32,000 bases of DNA from Saccharolobus solfataricus (GCF_900079115.1 NZ_LT549890.1:1590001-1622000), one strand, 5' to 3'; positions 25,225 through 32,000 are shown, counted from the first letter of the stretch. Numbers and translations are program-made. Notes: generated by a model not told the origin, from the letters alone.

Positions 25225-26755
25225 AATAGGTATTGATATTGGTAGTACTCATACAGATGCAGTAGCATTAGAAGGTAAAGAGCTAATAGTAGCTGACAAA
25301 GTAATGACTACACCAGACCTAACTACTGGACTTTTAAATGCCATAAGTAGAGTGATGAAAAAGCTTGGAGAAAGGAAAAACGAAGTAGATACGCTAATGA
25401 TAGGAACTACTCACGGTCTGAACGCCTTACACCAGGGTAAAGGCTTAAATAGAGTAGCGACCATTAGAATTGGCTTACCTGCAGGAGAGGGAGTTCCTCC
25501 AGTATTTGACTGGCCAGAGCAGTTATCAAACTTTGTCACCTATAGATATATGGTAAGAGGAGGCCATGAATATACCGGGGAAGAAATAGTGGAGTTAGAT
25601 GAGGGCAAAATAAAGGAGATTGCTGAAGCCATAAATGGTAAAGTTGATGCCATAGCTATTAGTTCAATATTTTCAGTTGTAAATTCGTCACATGAGATTA
25701 GAGCGAGGGAGATTTTAAGAGAGAAAGGAATTAATGTGCCTATAGTACTTTCTCACGAAATTGGTGGAATAGGACTGTTAGAGAGGGAGAACTCAGCGAT
25801 CCTAAATGCGTTAATACTTAAAATCTTCGATAACTTAATAAGCAAAATCAAACAGTTACTTTCTTCTTTAGGTATAGAAGATGTGAGACTATTCTTTGCA
25901 CAGAATGATGGGACTGTGGCCTCTGAAGATTTCATCAAAAGCTATCCAATATTCACTGTAGCTGGACCAGTTTCAAATAGTATTAGAGGAGCGCATTTAC
26001 TGACTGGGATAAAAGATGCAATAGTAATGGATGTAGGAGGGACTACAACAAATGTGGGTGTTCTCCATGAGGGATATCCTAGAGAATCCTCATCTGTAGT
26101 AGAAATAGCCAAAATAAGGACTAATTTTAGAATGCCCGACATTTATACGATGGCATTGGGAGGAGGCACCATAGTTAATAAGGAGAAAATAGGACCAGAG
26201 AGTGTGGGTTACGCACTGATAAATAAGGGAATATCATGGGGAGGTGATACTTTAACCGCAACAGATGTAGCTATGATAGTGAAAGGAATAACAATAGATG
26301 GTACAAATCCGAAGCTAGTAAACAACAAATTCCCTATGGAGTACTTATTTAGCGCATACACTAAAATGGTGGAAATGTGGGAAGACGCCATAGACTTAAT
26401 GAAAACTTCAAAGGATGACGTAACGGTAATTGTTGTGGGTGGGGGAAGTATAATGGTCCCAGAGAAGCTAAAAGGTGCGATGGAAGTTATAAGGCCACGA
26501 AATGCCCAATACGCTAATGCCATAGGTGCGACATTAACTAAAGTTGGTGCAACGATAGAAAGGACATTCTCTTATGATCAAATAACTAGGGAAAATGCAA
26601 TAAAGAGTCTAATTAATGAGGCTAAAAGTTTAGCCATAAGAGCTGGGGCCTTAAATACAACGATAGAAGTTAGAGAAATAGAAGAAATACAAATACCTTA
26701 TCTACCTGGAAATTCAGTGAAAGTAAAAGTTAAGGTAGTTGGTGAATTTTCTTAA
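25214..26755 (+). CDS. Short hydantoinase/oxoprolinase A-like ASKHA protein with no cognate B subunit in the operon
   Basis: IRIGIDIGSTHTDAV and IVMDVGGTTTNVGV are ATPase motifs. I prefer TTG 25214 as the start. It has GGTG 8 nt upstream and gives an N-terminus of the family type MRIRIGIDIG. The track's TTG 25166 is less convincing. Confidence 0.75.
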   Translation: MRIRIGIDIGSTHTDAVALEGKELIVADKVMTTPDLTTGLLNAISRVMKKLGERKNEVDTLMIGTTHGLNALHQGKGLNRVATIRIGLPAGEGVPPVFDWPEQLSNFVTYRYMVRGGHEYTGEEIVELDEGKIKEIAEAINGKVDAIAISSIFSVVNSSHEIRAREILREKGINVPIVLSHEIGGIGLLERENSAILNALILKIFDNLISKIKQLLSSLGIEDVRLFFAQNDGTVASEDFIKSYPIFTVAGPVSNSIRGAHLLTGIKDAIVMDVGGTTTNVGVLHEGYPRESSSVVEIAKIRTNFRMPDIYTMALGGGTIVNKEKIGPESVGYALINKGISWGGDTLTATDVAMIVKGITIDGTNPKLVNNKFPMEYLFSAYTKMVEMWEDAIDLMKTSKDDVTVIVVGGGSIMVPEKLKGAMEVIRPRNAQYANAIGATLTKVGATIERTFSYDQITRENAIKSLINEAKSLAIRAGALNTTIEVREIEEIQIPYLPGNSVKVKVKVVGEFS

Positions 26756-27776
26756 TTTCTTTAACTACCATTTCCTTAATCTTCTCATATCCCCCAACTT
26801 CTTTCCACTTATTACTTACAGGGATTTCTAATACTCTCACCTTTACCCCGTATCTAAGGGAGTCAGAAGTCACTATGTTGTTATTATAATCAATTAAATT
26901 GATAATTTCAGGTGATATTGACAGAATCTTTCCTTCTTTGAGGAAGCCTAAATACTCATTTTTGAATATAATTTCAGAATTTTCACCCCTATATTCTTCA
27001 AGGCCGTCAATTTTAGCCATACCAATTGCAAATCCTCCTATGTTAAATCTCTTTACGTCAACTATTTTACCTTCGAAAATTATCTTACCTCTAGCTAAGT
27101 TAATCATTTCATCCAATCCTTGTTCTGTTAACGTTTTACCTAACTCCAAAGCTAGGCTTACTGTACCCAAGATAGCTCCATTAATATATTCTTTACCAGA
27201 TGCTGGGTAAAGCGAGATGTAACCCCTTCCACCAAATCCCACAGTTATACTTCTTGCAATACTCTCCGCCCGGAAATTATCAACAGTCTCTATAATAACG
27301 CAATTTTCACGCTCGTCACATATACTCAAAGGTGTTGCCCTATATCCTGCAAAATGCATAGTGGTCATATATAATTCTGGAAAAGCCCTACCCTCGTAAT
27401 CTCCATCTATTAATGGTTTCTTACTCATTAACGATGCCATAAATGGGACAACTGAGTTTATACCACCTATTTCAATAGAAGTTATTTTAGTAACTTCTTT
27501 TCTCAAAAATTTAGTTAAGGTCATTAGAGATCTATAATATTCATGACCTGCGGGTATCTTCTCTATACCTATCAATGGCGATCCCATACCGCCTACTCCT
27601 ATTATGAAATCCCTATCCTCATCAACTTCATCAGTGTATTCAACATAATCAATATTCATCTGAAGCATTTTTGCTTTAACAATTTTATATCCTAAAAACG
27701 GGTTTCCACCACCACCAGAGCCTAATATTGAACTCCCTATTGCGAGATTGTATAGGTCATTAACAGAGATTCTCAT
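26730..27776 (-). CDS. DUF917-family protein (paralogue 2)
   Basis: Blocks are SSILGSGGGGNPFLGY, GGINSVVP and DGDYEGRAFPELYMTTM. It converges on the HyuA-like gene with a 26-nt 3' overlap. Its ATG lies 8 nt from the ISC1316 right end. Confidence 0.75.
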   Translation of the reverse strand: MRISVNDLYNLAIGSSILGSGGGGNPFLGYKIVKAKMLQMNIDYVEYTDEVDEDRDFIIGVGGMGSPLIGIEKIPAGHEYYRSLMTLTKFLRKEVTKITSIEIGGINSVVPFMASLMSKKPLIDGDYEGRAFPELYMTTMHFAGYRATPLSICDERENCVIIETVDNFRAESIARSITVGFGGRGYISLYPASGKEYINGAILGTVSLALELGKTLTEQGLDEMINLARGKIIFEGKIVDVKRFNIGGFAIGMAKIDGLEEYRGENSEIIFKNEYLGFLKEGKILSISPEIINLIDYNNNIVTSDSLRYGVKVRVLEIPVSNKWKEVGGYEKIKEMVVKEIKKIHQLP

Positions 27777-27950
27777 GTTTTCTTGTGAGCTACCCCCTCA
27801 TAAATGAGGGAGCTTCCTGCTTCACAGCTCTGCCATGCCAGTACCGAAGTGCTGGTACTGGTAGAGGGCGGAGCTCCACACTAAGGGTCGCTCCGACCCC
27901 GATCCACGTAAGATGTTAAGAGAAGCATTATAGTCACGATCTGCAATCCA
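27768..27950 (-). ncRNA. Predicted TnpB omega-RNA of ISC1316 copy 2; the guide portion would cover the DUF917 start codon
   Basis: The logic is the same as for copy 1. Hairpins are ccagtac-N10-gtactgg (27838-27861) and ccctca-taaa-tgaggg (27795-27810). The flanking guide on the minus strand would be aagaaaacatgagaatc. Confidence 0.3.
27798..27807 (-). promoter_or_regulatory. TATA-like box inside the ISC1316 right-end hairpin loop, positioned to drive DUF917 paralogue 2
   Basis: The minus strand reads catttatg. The first T of TTTAT is 28 nt upstream of the A of ATG 27776. Copy 1 has ctttag at the equivalent position. Confidence 0.3.
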
Positions 27951-29009
27951 ACCACAGTTGGGACAAACGAAAACACGATCAGATAGAGACAGATCTTCTT
28001 TTACGTACCCGCACTTAGCACAAGTTTTGGAAGTGTATGCAGGATTAACTAGGATGAGTTTCTTACCGTATTTCTCCAACTGATACTTAATCAAATCTCT
28101 AAGCTCGCTGAACGCGACGTCACTCAATCTCCTCCTCAGAGACCTTAATGACTTACCTATCAACTGCTTAACATGAATGTCCTCCATGACTACAACGTCG
28201 TAATGCTCAGCAAACCATTTACCCAACTTCATGTAAAGATCCGTTCTTAGATTCTTCAAATACTCATAAGCCCTAGCAAGCTTAACCTTAGCCTTAAACC
28301 AATTATTAGAGAGGAACTTCTTCCTTGAAAGTTCTCTGTGTAGATGCTTCACTTTCCATAACGCTTTCTCGTAAGGTCTCAAATTAGGAAAATACTCACC
28401 ATCTGACGTTACTAACAACTTTTCTACACCAACATCTATCGCCACTACCTTACCAGTGTTAGGTAACTTGGGGAATTCGTGATCAACTACGAAAGTGATG
28501 TAAATCCTCTCAGATCTTGTTAGCTTCACTATCACTCTCTTTACTTTGTCAAGGGGAAAGTCTCGGTGAACTATTACCTTGAACGTACCAAGATTTGATA
28601 GTTTAAGCGTTATTAGTTTCTTCTTGCTTCCTTTTCTTATTTCTCTAACTTGAAGTATTTTCCAACCGCTTTGCGTATAGACAAGGGAGTAGTACTTGTG
28701 AGGTTTCCTTTCTTTCGGGAAACGTGCTAAACCGTCGAAAAACCTCTGTCTAGCTTCGTAATAACGGTCAGCTATTTGTTGAACTACTTGGGAGTAGAGT
28801 TTCTTATACTCATCATCTTGTTTTCTCAGATCTAGAGCCAACTGTCTTAACTCAGTTTGTGTTAGTCCTTTCCCATCCCTTTGGTAAAAGTAGATGTCTG
28901 CCCACCTTAAGGTGTTGTAGATTTTGCACGCTAACTTCAACTGGGCTTTTAACGCCCTAAGGGTTTGTTCGTCAGTGTATGCACGGAAGCGAAACCCTAA
29001 GGTGGGCAT
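27822..29009 (-). CDS. tnpB: TnpB (OrfB) with a frameshifted C-terminal tail
   Basis: It differs from copy 1 by 16 substitutions over about 376 aa. The RuvC D/E/D residues and the zinc finger are retained (VVVMEDIHV here). A 4-nt deletion relative to copy 1 changes the tail to [21 protein letters not shown]. Confidence 0.85.
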   Translation of the reverse strand: MPTLGFRFRAYTDEQTLRALKAQLKLACKIYNTLRWADIYFYQRDGKGLTQTELRQLALDLRKQDDEYKKLYSQVVQQIADRYYEARQRFFDGLARFPKERKPHKYYSLVYTQSGWKILQVREIRKGSKKKLITLKLSNLGTFKVIVHRDFPLDKVKRVIVKLTRSERIYITFVVDHEFPKLPNTGKVVAIDVGVEKLLVTSDGEYFPNLRPYEKALWKVKHLHRELSRKKFLSNNWFKAKVKLARAYEYLKNLRTDLYMKLGKWFAEHYDVVVMEDIHVKQLIGKSLRSLRRRLSDVAFSELRDLIKYQLEKYGKKLILVNPAYTSKTCAKCGYVKEDLSLSDRVFVCPNCGWIADRDYNASLNILRGSGSERPLVWSSALYQYQHFGTGMAEL

Positions 29010-29151
29010 TGATGTGTATTTCGTTATTTTCCTATTTTAACTTTTCTACAAAGGGATCCGTCTCAAAGAGAAGCTTTCCGCCCCCTTTGAACCCCCGTCT
29101 GTTATAAACCCGCTAGTAATATAAAGTTTAAAGTTTTGCTAGTTATCGTTT

Positions 29152-29480
29152 AGGAAAGTTCTCATGCAGCCATCTTATTCGATATCATATAGTAAAAATA
29201 TATCAGATTAGAAATTTTCACAATTAGTCTTTTCAATCGAGATGTAGCTAAGGAATTAGAACGTGAAAAACGGCCTTTGAAAAAGGTTTATGTGCGAGGG
29301 TTATGAAATCTTTTTGTGGTAGTACTAGAATGGATCTCGTAAACCTTGCATATAAGCTTTTCTAAAATAATGTCTTTGTTCAAATTTCTATATCTTAAAC
29401 GTTAAACAAGCGTTTTTCCATATTACTCCAATATTTTCACAAACTTTTTTCAAATTTCATGACTGTTTGAGAACACTCCC
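29152..29480 (+). mobile_element. ISC1173-derived MITE, copy 2 (about 329 bp)
   Basis: It is colinear with 8186-8511 in the same orientation, with roughly 90% identity by eye. The left terminus is degraded (aggaaagttctcatgcag) and the right terminus is intact (ctgtttgagaacactccc). There is no TSD. Confidence 0.8.
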
Positions 29481-29610
29481 TTTTTTCCAATTTATTAGAT
29501 TCTCAATGTTGTTATAAACTTGGTTATGTTCAACAAATTTAATATTGTTTAATCAGAATTATTTTTGTAAGATGATTCTGGGAGTACCGTTCAGGGCGGA
29601 GAGAAGGTGG

Positions 29611-29943
29611 TCAGAGCAAAACAAATCCTTTCTCTCTCTTCCAAAAGAGCACTTTATCCTTAACCCTATCTTTCTCCCCCTCATCCAACACAATATAATC
29701 AACATTACCTCTAATGAACCTGGAAACCATGTACATTCTATCAAATACATTCATCTCCTTAATCCCCTTAAATACAAACAGTATGTCTATATCACTAGTG
29801 TCTAAGTAGTCTCCCCTAGCTCTTGACCCAAAAATGTAAACCTCCTCTAGATTGGGGAAAGAACTAGCTACCTCTTCAACGATCTCCTTAGCAAGTTTAA
29901 GCATTCTTATCTGGCTTTCTATTGCAGATTTCCCTTTACCCAT
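29611..29943 (-). CDS. Minimal nucleotidyltransferase (MNT, Pol-beta superfamily), partner of HEPN
   Basis: VYIFGSRARGDYLDTSDIDILFVF is the GS-x(n)-D-x-D motif. The start may instead be the internal Met (MLKLAKEI), about 29904. Confidence 0.8.
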   Translation of the reverse strand: MGKGKSAIESQIRMLKLAKEIVEEVASSFPNLEEVYIFGSRARGDYLDTSDIDILFVFKGIKEMNVFDRMYMVSRFIRGNVDYIVLDEGEKDRVKDKVLFWKREKGFVLL

Positions 29944-30305
29944 CCTAACACCTCCTTAGCCCTTCTATATAGATCCTCCGCCATGTTTTTAGTGTATTGT
30001 CTAGCTGGAACACCATTTGCAGCATCAGGATATCTAGATATGATAAAATGAGGTGATATAACCATTAAATCCTCCATTATATTTTGAGGAATCTTAAGTC
30101 CTTCATTCTCTATCATGCTAGCAAGCTCTGTTAGAGAGTGGGTTTTCCCCGGATCTTTTCCTAAATGGATTAACAGAGATTTCAATGCTTTCTCTACAGC
30201 TTGTTGAGAGTAAAAAGTTACTGCAAAATATTTACCAGCCTCTAATAAGACTCTAGCCACATCCAAGTCCTCCTCAGCTTGAATCATCCAGTCAGTGTAT
30301 CTCAT
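29919..30305 (-). CDS. HEPN-domain protein
   Basis: The protein is 128 aa and all-helical. WMIQAEEDLDVARVLLEAGKYFAVTFYSQQAVEKALKSLL and ISRYPD resemble the COG2250-type HEPN partners of MNT. It overlaps or abuts the MNT gene. Confidence 0.7.
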   Translation of the reverse strand: MRYTDWMIQAEEDLDVARVLLEAGKYFAVTFYSQQAVEKALKSLLIHLGKDPGKTHSLTELASMIENEGLKIPQNIMEDLMVISPHFIISRYPDAANGVPARQYTKNMAEDLYRRAKEVLGWVKGNLQ

Positions 30306-30324
30306 AATACTATTCCCTCTACAA

Positions 30325-30339
30325 AGTTTAAAAATAAGA
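30325..30339 (-). promoter_or_regulatory. Putative TATA box for the leaderless HEPN-MNT operon
   Basis: On the minus strand, cttatttttaaactt is centred about 27 nt upstream of ATG 30305. Confidence 0.45.
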
Positions 30340-30561
30340 CTGTCCTTTTCACCATTTTAAAGGATTACACTCTAGGTAGTTATCCACTCCCACTGGAACA
30401 GTGAGCAGTCAGTGACCGACCCCTTACATATTAGTCAGATCTGTGTAATACTGATCTGACTGGGGTTGAGGCCATTCACTTTCTTGAGCTCAGAACTCGA
30501 TGGTGAGCTTGGACTCCTAAGCCGCCCGAAGTGGACTTTCGCCCCTTAACCCCGTTAAATT

Positions 30562-30575
30562 AAATATTTAAAAAC
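30562..30575 (+). promoter_or_regulatory. Putative TATA box for the 393-aa orphan gene
   Basis: aaatatttaaaaac is centred about 28 nt upstream of ATG 30596. Confidence 0.4.
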
Positions 30576-30595
30576 AATTTCTACAATATATTCTT

Positions 30596-31777
30596 ATGGG
30601 AACTGAGTGTAATTACAATCAACCAGAAAGGACTTCAATAGAAGGTTGGAAAAAATATGTGAGTAATTGTTTAGTTCCAGTTTATGAGAAACTAAAATTG
30701 TTACAAAAAGTCGGTGAGTATTTAGAGCAAAATACTTTAAACCGAAGTTTAGATAAGATTGACCCTCAATTATTACCTTACTTTTTAGGAGGAGTAAATG
30801 AAAATGGAGATTATATAAAGGGCTCTCTAGCTAGACTTATTACTTACATGTATGGTGTAGGGGTAGATACGAAAAAACTAGCTAATTCTATCAATATTGG
30901 AGTGAAAAACCCATATTCGGAAGCATATGTGGGAAAAGTAAATAACTTGGTAATCGGTTTTTTTACTTTTACTGATGTACTTAATGCGACGGCTAAACAA
31001 CTAGAATTATTATTCAATAAGCTAAATGTAAGTATTAATTCTCCATCCTTTGCTGAAATAGAGAGTAATGCAAGAAATGTAGATAAGTTCATACAGACAG
31101 TTAATGATTATATTTATAGAGCAAAATTAATCTTACCAATGTACAATTATTATTCTTTTCTAATCGTAACTACTAGACATCTTCCTGCATCAATATTTCT
31201 AGATTCTTATCCTGAAGAGTTTACAAAGAATCCCAACTTAGGGTATGATTTTCTTGGGATAGGCATCCTTCATATTCCTTATATTAGCGATAAAGAACAA
31301 AGTGCTAGACTGGGACTAACTGGTCATAATCGTAATACTGTTTCTGACCTCATATTTAAGATTATAAATAATAATTTATTTATGATTAATAAATTATATG
31401 ATGTTATAGAGAATAGAGAAATATATGATAGAGAACATTTTACAGAAGAATATTATCAGTTTATGACAGATGTATTAAGAAAGTCTTCCATAATAGTTGA
31501 CGCTTCTAATTTAAGGTATAATTATTATATGGAGATTCACTATTACCAAAATCTTTCAGTCAGAATATGTTATGCCTCATCTCCTTCTTATTGTGAGTAT
31601 GGGAGGACGGATCGGGCTACTTTTAAGTATTATAGTACTATATCCGATATGTATAATGATCCTGAAATTATATCGATATTATTTATGAATGGGTATATAA
31701 ATATTAATATTAAGGAAGATGCAGGCCTCAATATTTATTTTAGGGGTCAATTTGGAACAGAGGTGATATTAAATTGA
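30596..31777 (+). CDS. Hypothetical protein, 393 aa, Asn/Tyr/Ile-rich, no recognisable domain
   Basis: It is a long uninterrupted ORF in a very AT-rich stretch with a well-placed TATA box. I recognise no motif. Confidence 0.6.
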   Translation: MGTECNYNQPERTSIEGWKKYVSNCLVPVYEKLKLLQKVGEYLEQNTLNRSLDKIDPQLLPYFLGGVNENGDYIKGSLARLITYMYGVGVDTKKLANSINIGVKNPYSEAYVGKVNNLVIGFFTFTDVLNATAKQLELLFNKLNVSINSPSFAEIESNARNVDKFIQTVNDYIYRAKLILPMYNYYSFLIVTTRHLPASIFLDSYPEEFTKNPNLGYDFLGIGILHIPYISDKEQSARLGLTGHNRNTVSDLIFKIINNNLFMINKLYDVIENREIYDREHFTEEYYQFMTDVLRKSSIIVDASNLRYNYYMEIHYYQNLSVRICYASSPSYCEYGRTDRATFKYYSTISDMYNDPEIISILFMNGYININIKEDAGLNIYFRGQFGTEVILN

Positions 31778-32000
31778 GTGAGAGTCAACAAAGGAGAGAT
31801 CTCCAGAAAGATAGAGAATATGAATCAAGAAGACAAAATAAAGAAACTAAGCCTGAAGAAAAAACTGATAAGGATGTTAGTGTACGTGAATCTTTTAATC
31901 CTCCTACAGTATTCACCAAAACCAAACCAACAAGTACCTTTAGACTTGAATTTTTTAGTCCTCCTACAGTAACGCAAGACGCTCAAAGAAAGATTGATTA
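31774..32000 (+). CDS. Hypothetical charged protein with an F-[NS]-PPTV repeat, 5' partial view (runs off the window); the alternative frame is track ORF 31778..31972
   Basis: TTG 31774 overlaps the upstream TGA (TTGA), with GGTGA 7 nt upstream. The frame stays open to nt 32000 and reads LSESQQRRDLQKDREYESRRQNKETKPEEK...SFNPPTVFTKTKPTSTFRLEFFSPPTV. The competing GTG 31778 frame is hydrophobic and ends at 31972. Confidence 0.3.
   Translation, partial: MSESQQRRDLQKDREYESRRQNKETKPEEKTDKDVSVRESFNPPTVFTKTKPTSTFRLEFFSPPTVTQDAQRKID

Larger units (their letters stand above)
27785..29107 (-). mobile_element. ISC1316-type tnpB-only element (copy 2, inverted relative to copy 1)
   Basis: It is 1323 bp and colinear with 6745-8058 on the opposite strand. 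Homology ends at gtgagctac (27785) and at gttataa (29101-29107). Confidence 0.85.

Noticed and set aside
881-27210. About 20 short ORFs (61-114 aa) in the track that lie antisense or out of frame inside strong CDSs. They are 881..1075, 1164..1358, 4373..4567, 4576..4854, 4885..5148, 10266..10490, 10509..10790, 11157..11372, 12505..12717, 12528..12719, 14507..14707, 16572..16916, 18822..19052, 19074..19376, 21071..21364, 21812..22060, 25753..25938, 25942..26142, 26209..26523 and 26899..27210.
   Set aside because: Each is fully embedded in a longer ORF that has clear family motifs. Their translations are low-complexity (Ser/Leu/Ile/Pro-rich), as expected for the reverse frames of AT-rich genes. 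None has its own TATA box or GGTG.
6745-29107. Composite transposon formed by the two ISC1316 copies
   Set aside because: The elements carry no TnpA and belong to a family that moves as single-stranded circles without TSDs. The outer flanks show no duplication. Inversion by homologous recombination is the only rearrangement I can justify.
29545-29805. ORFs 29545..29805 (+) and 29559..29750 (-) overlapping the MNT gene
   Set aside because: The MNT frame carries the diagnostic GS...D.D motif. These two are alternative-frame artefacts that extend into the intergenic region.
31778-31972. Track ORF of 64 aa (GTG start) considered as the gene following the 393-aa ORF
   Set aside because: It is not fully rejected but ranked second. 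The overlapping TTG 31774 frame has better spacing from GGTGA, stays open to the window edge and gives a more protein-like repeat (F-[NS]-PPTV). The question cannot be settled without downstream sequence or expression data.

Overview
AT-rich crenarchaeal chromosome segment. The ISC/SM mobile-element repertoire, leaderless-type promoters and GGTG ribosome-binding sites inside operons point to Sulfolobus/Saccharolobus solfataricus. From memory, the IS-split SNF2 gene matches SSO1653/1655 of strain P2. That assignment is an inference and was not checked against any database. The window mixes short metabolic operons with a very heavy load of mobile DNA. Left to right: (1) an amidohydrolase-DUF59-adh operon converging on a ThDP-enzyme gene; (2) an IS256-family element destroyed by a nested 1147-bp ISC1217; (3) a vapBC pair; (4) ISC1316 copy 1, which carries tnpB only; (5) a 326-bp ISC1173-derived MITE; (6) a SNF2/Rad54-like ATPase gene split by a complete 1173-bp ISC1173 with a perfect 8-bp TSD, translationally coupled to a SWIM zinc-finger gene, the pair bracketed by direct repeats of about 110 nt; (7) a 1.2-kb ORF-free tract holding IS relics and a 184-bp SM2 MITE; (8) a second vapBC; (9) an IS607-type tnpA-tnpB element; (10) an IS5-like transposase relic; (11) an island of hyuA-hyuB, Lrp, an NCS1 permease, two DUF917 genes and a HyuA-like gene; (12) ISC1316 copy 2, inverted, ending 8 nt from the second DUF917 start codon; (13) a second MITE; (14) a HEPN-MNT pair; (15) an AT-rich orphan gene pair running off the right edge. 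I found no rRNA, tRNA or CRISPR array. The best candidates for uncharacterised biology are the DUF917/hydantoinase-like/NCS1 island, the repeat-bracketed SNF2-SWIM module, and the ISC1316 right end, which appears to supply a promoter or omega-RNA guide at the DUF917 gene. All alignments and counts were done by eye from the sequence. No database search was run.
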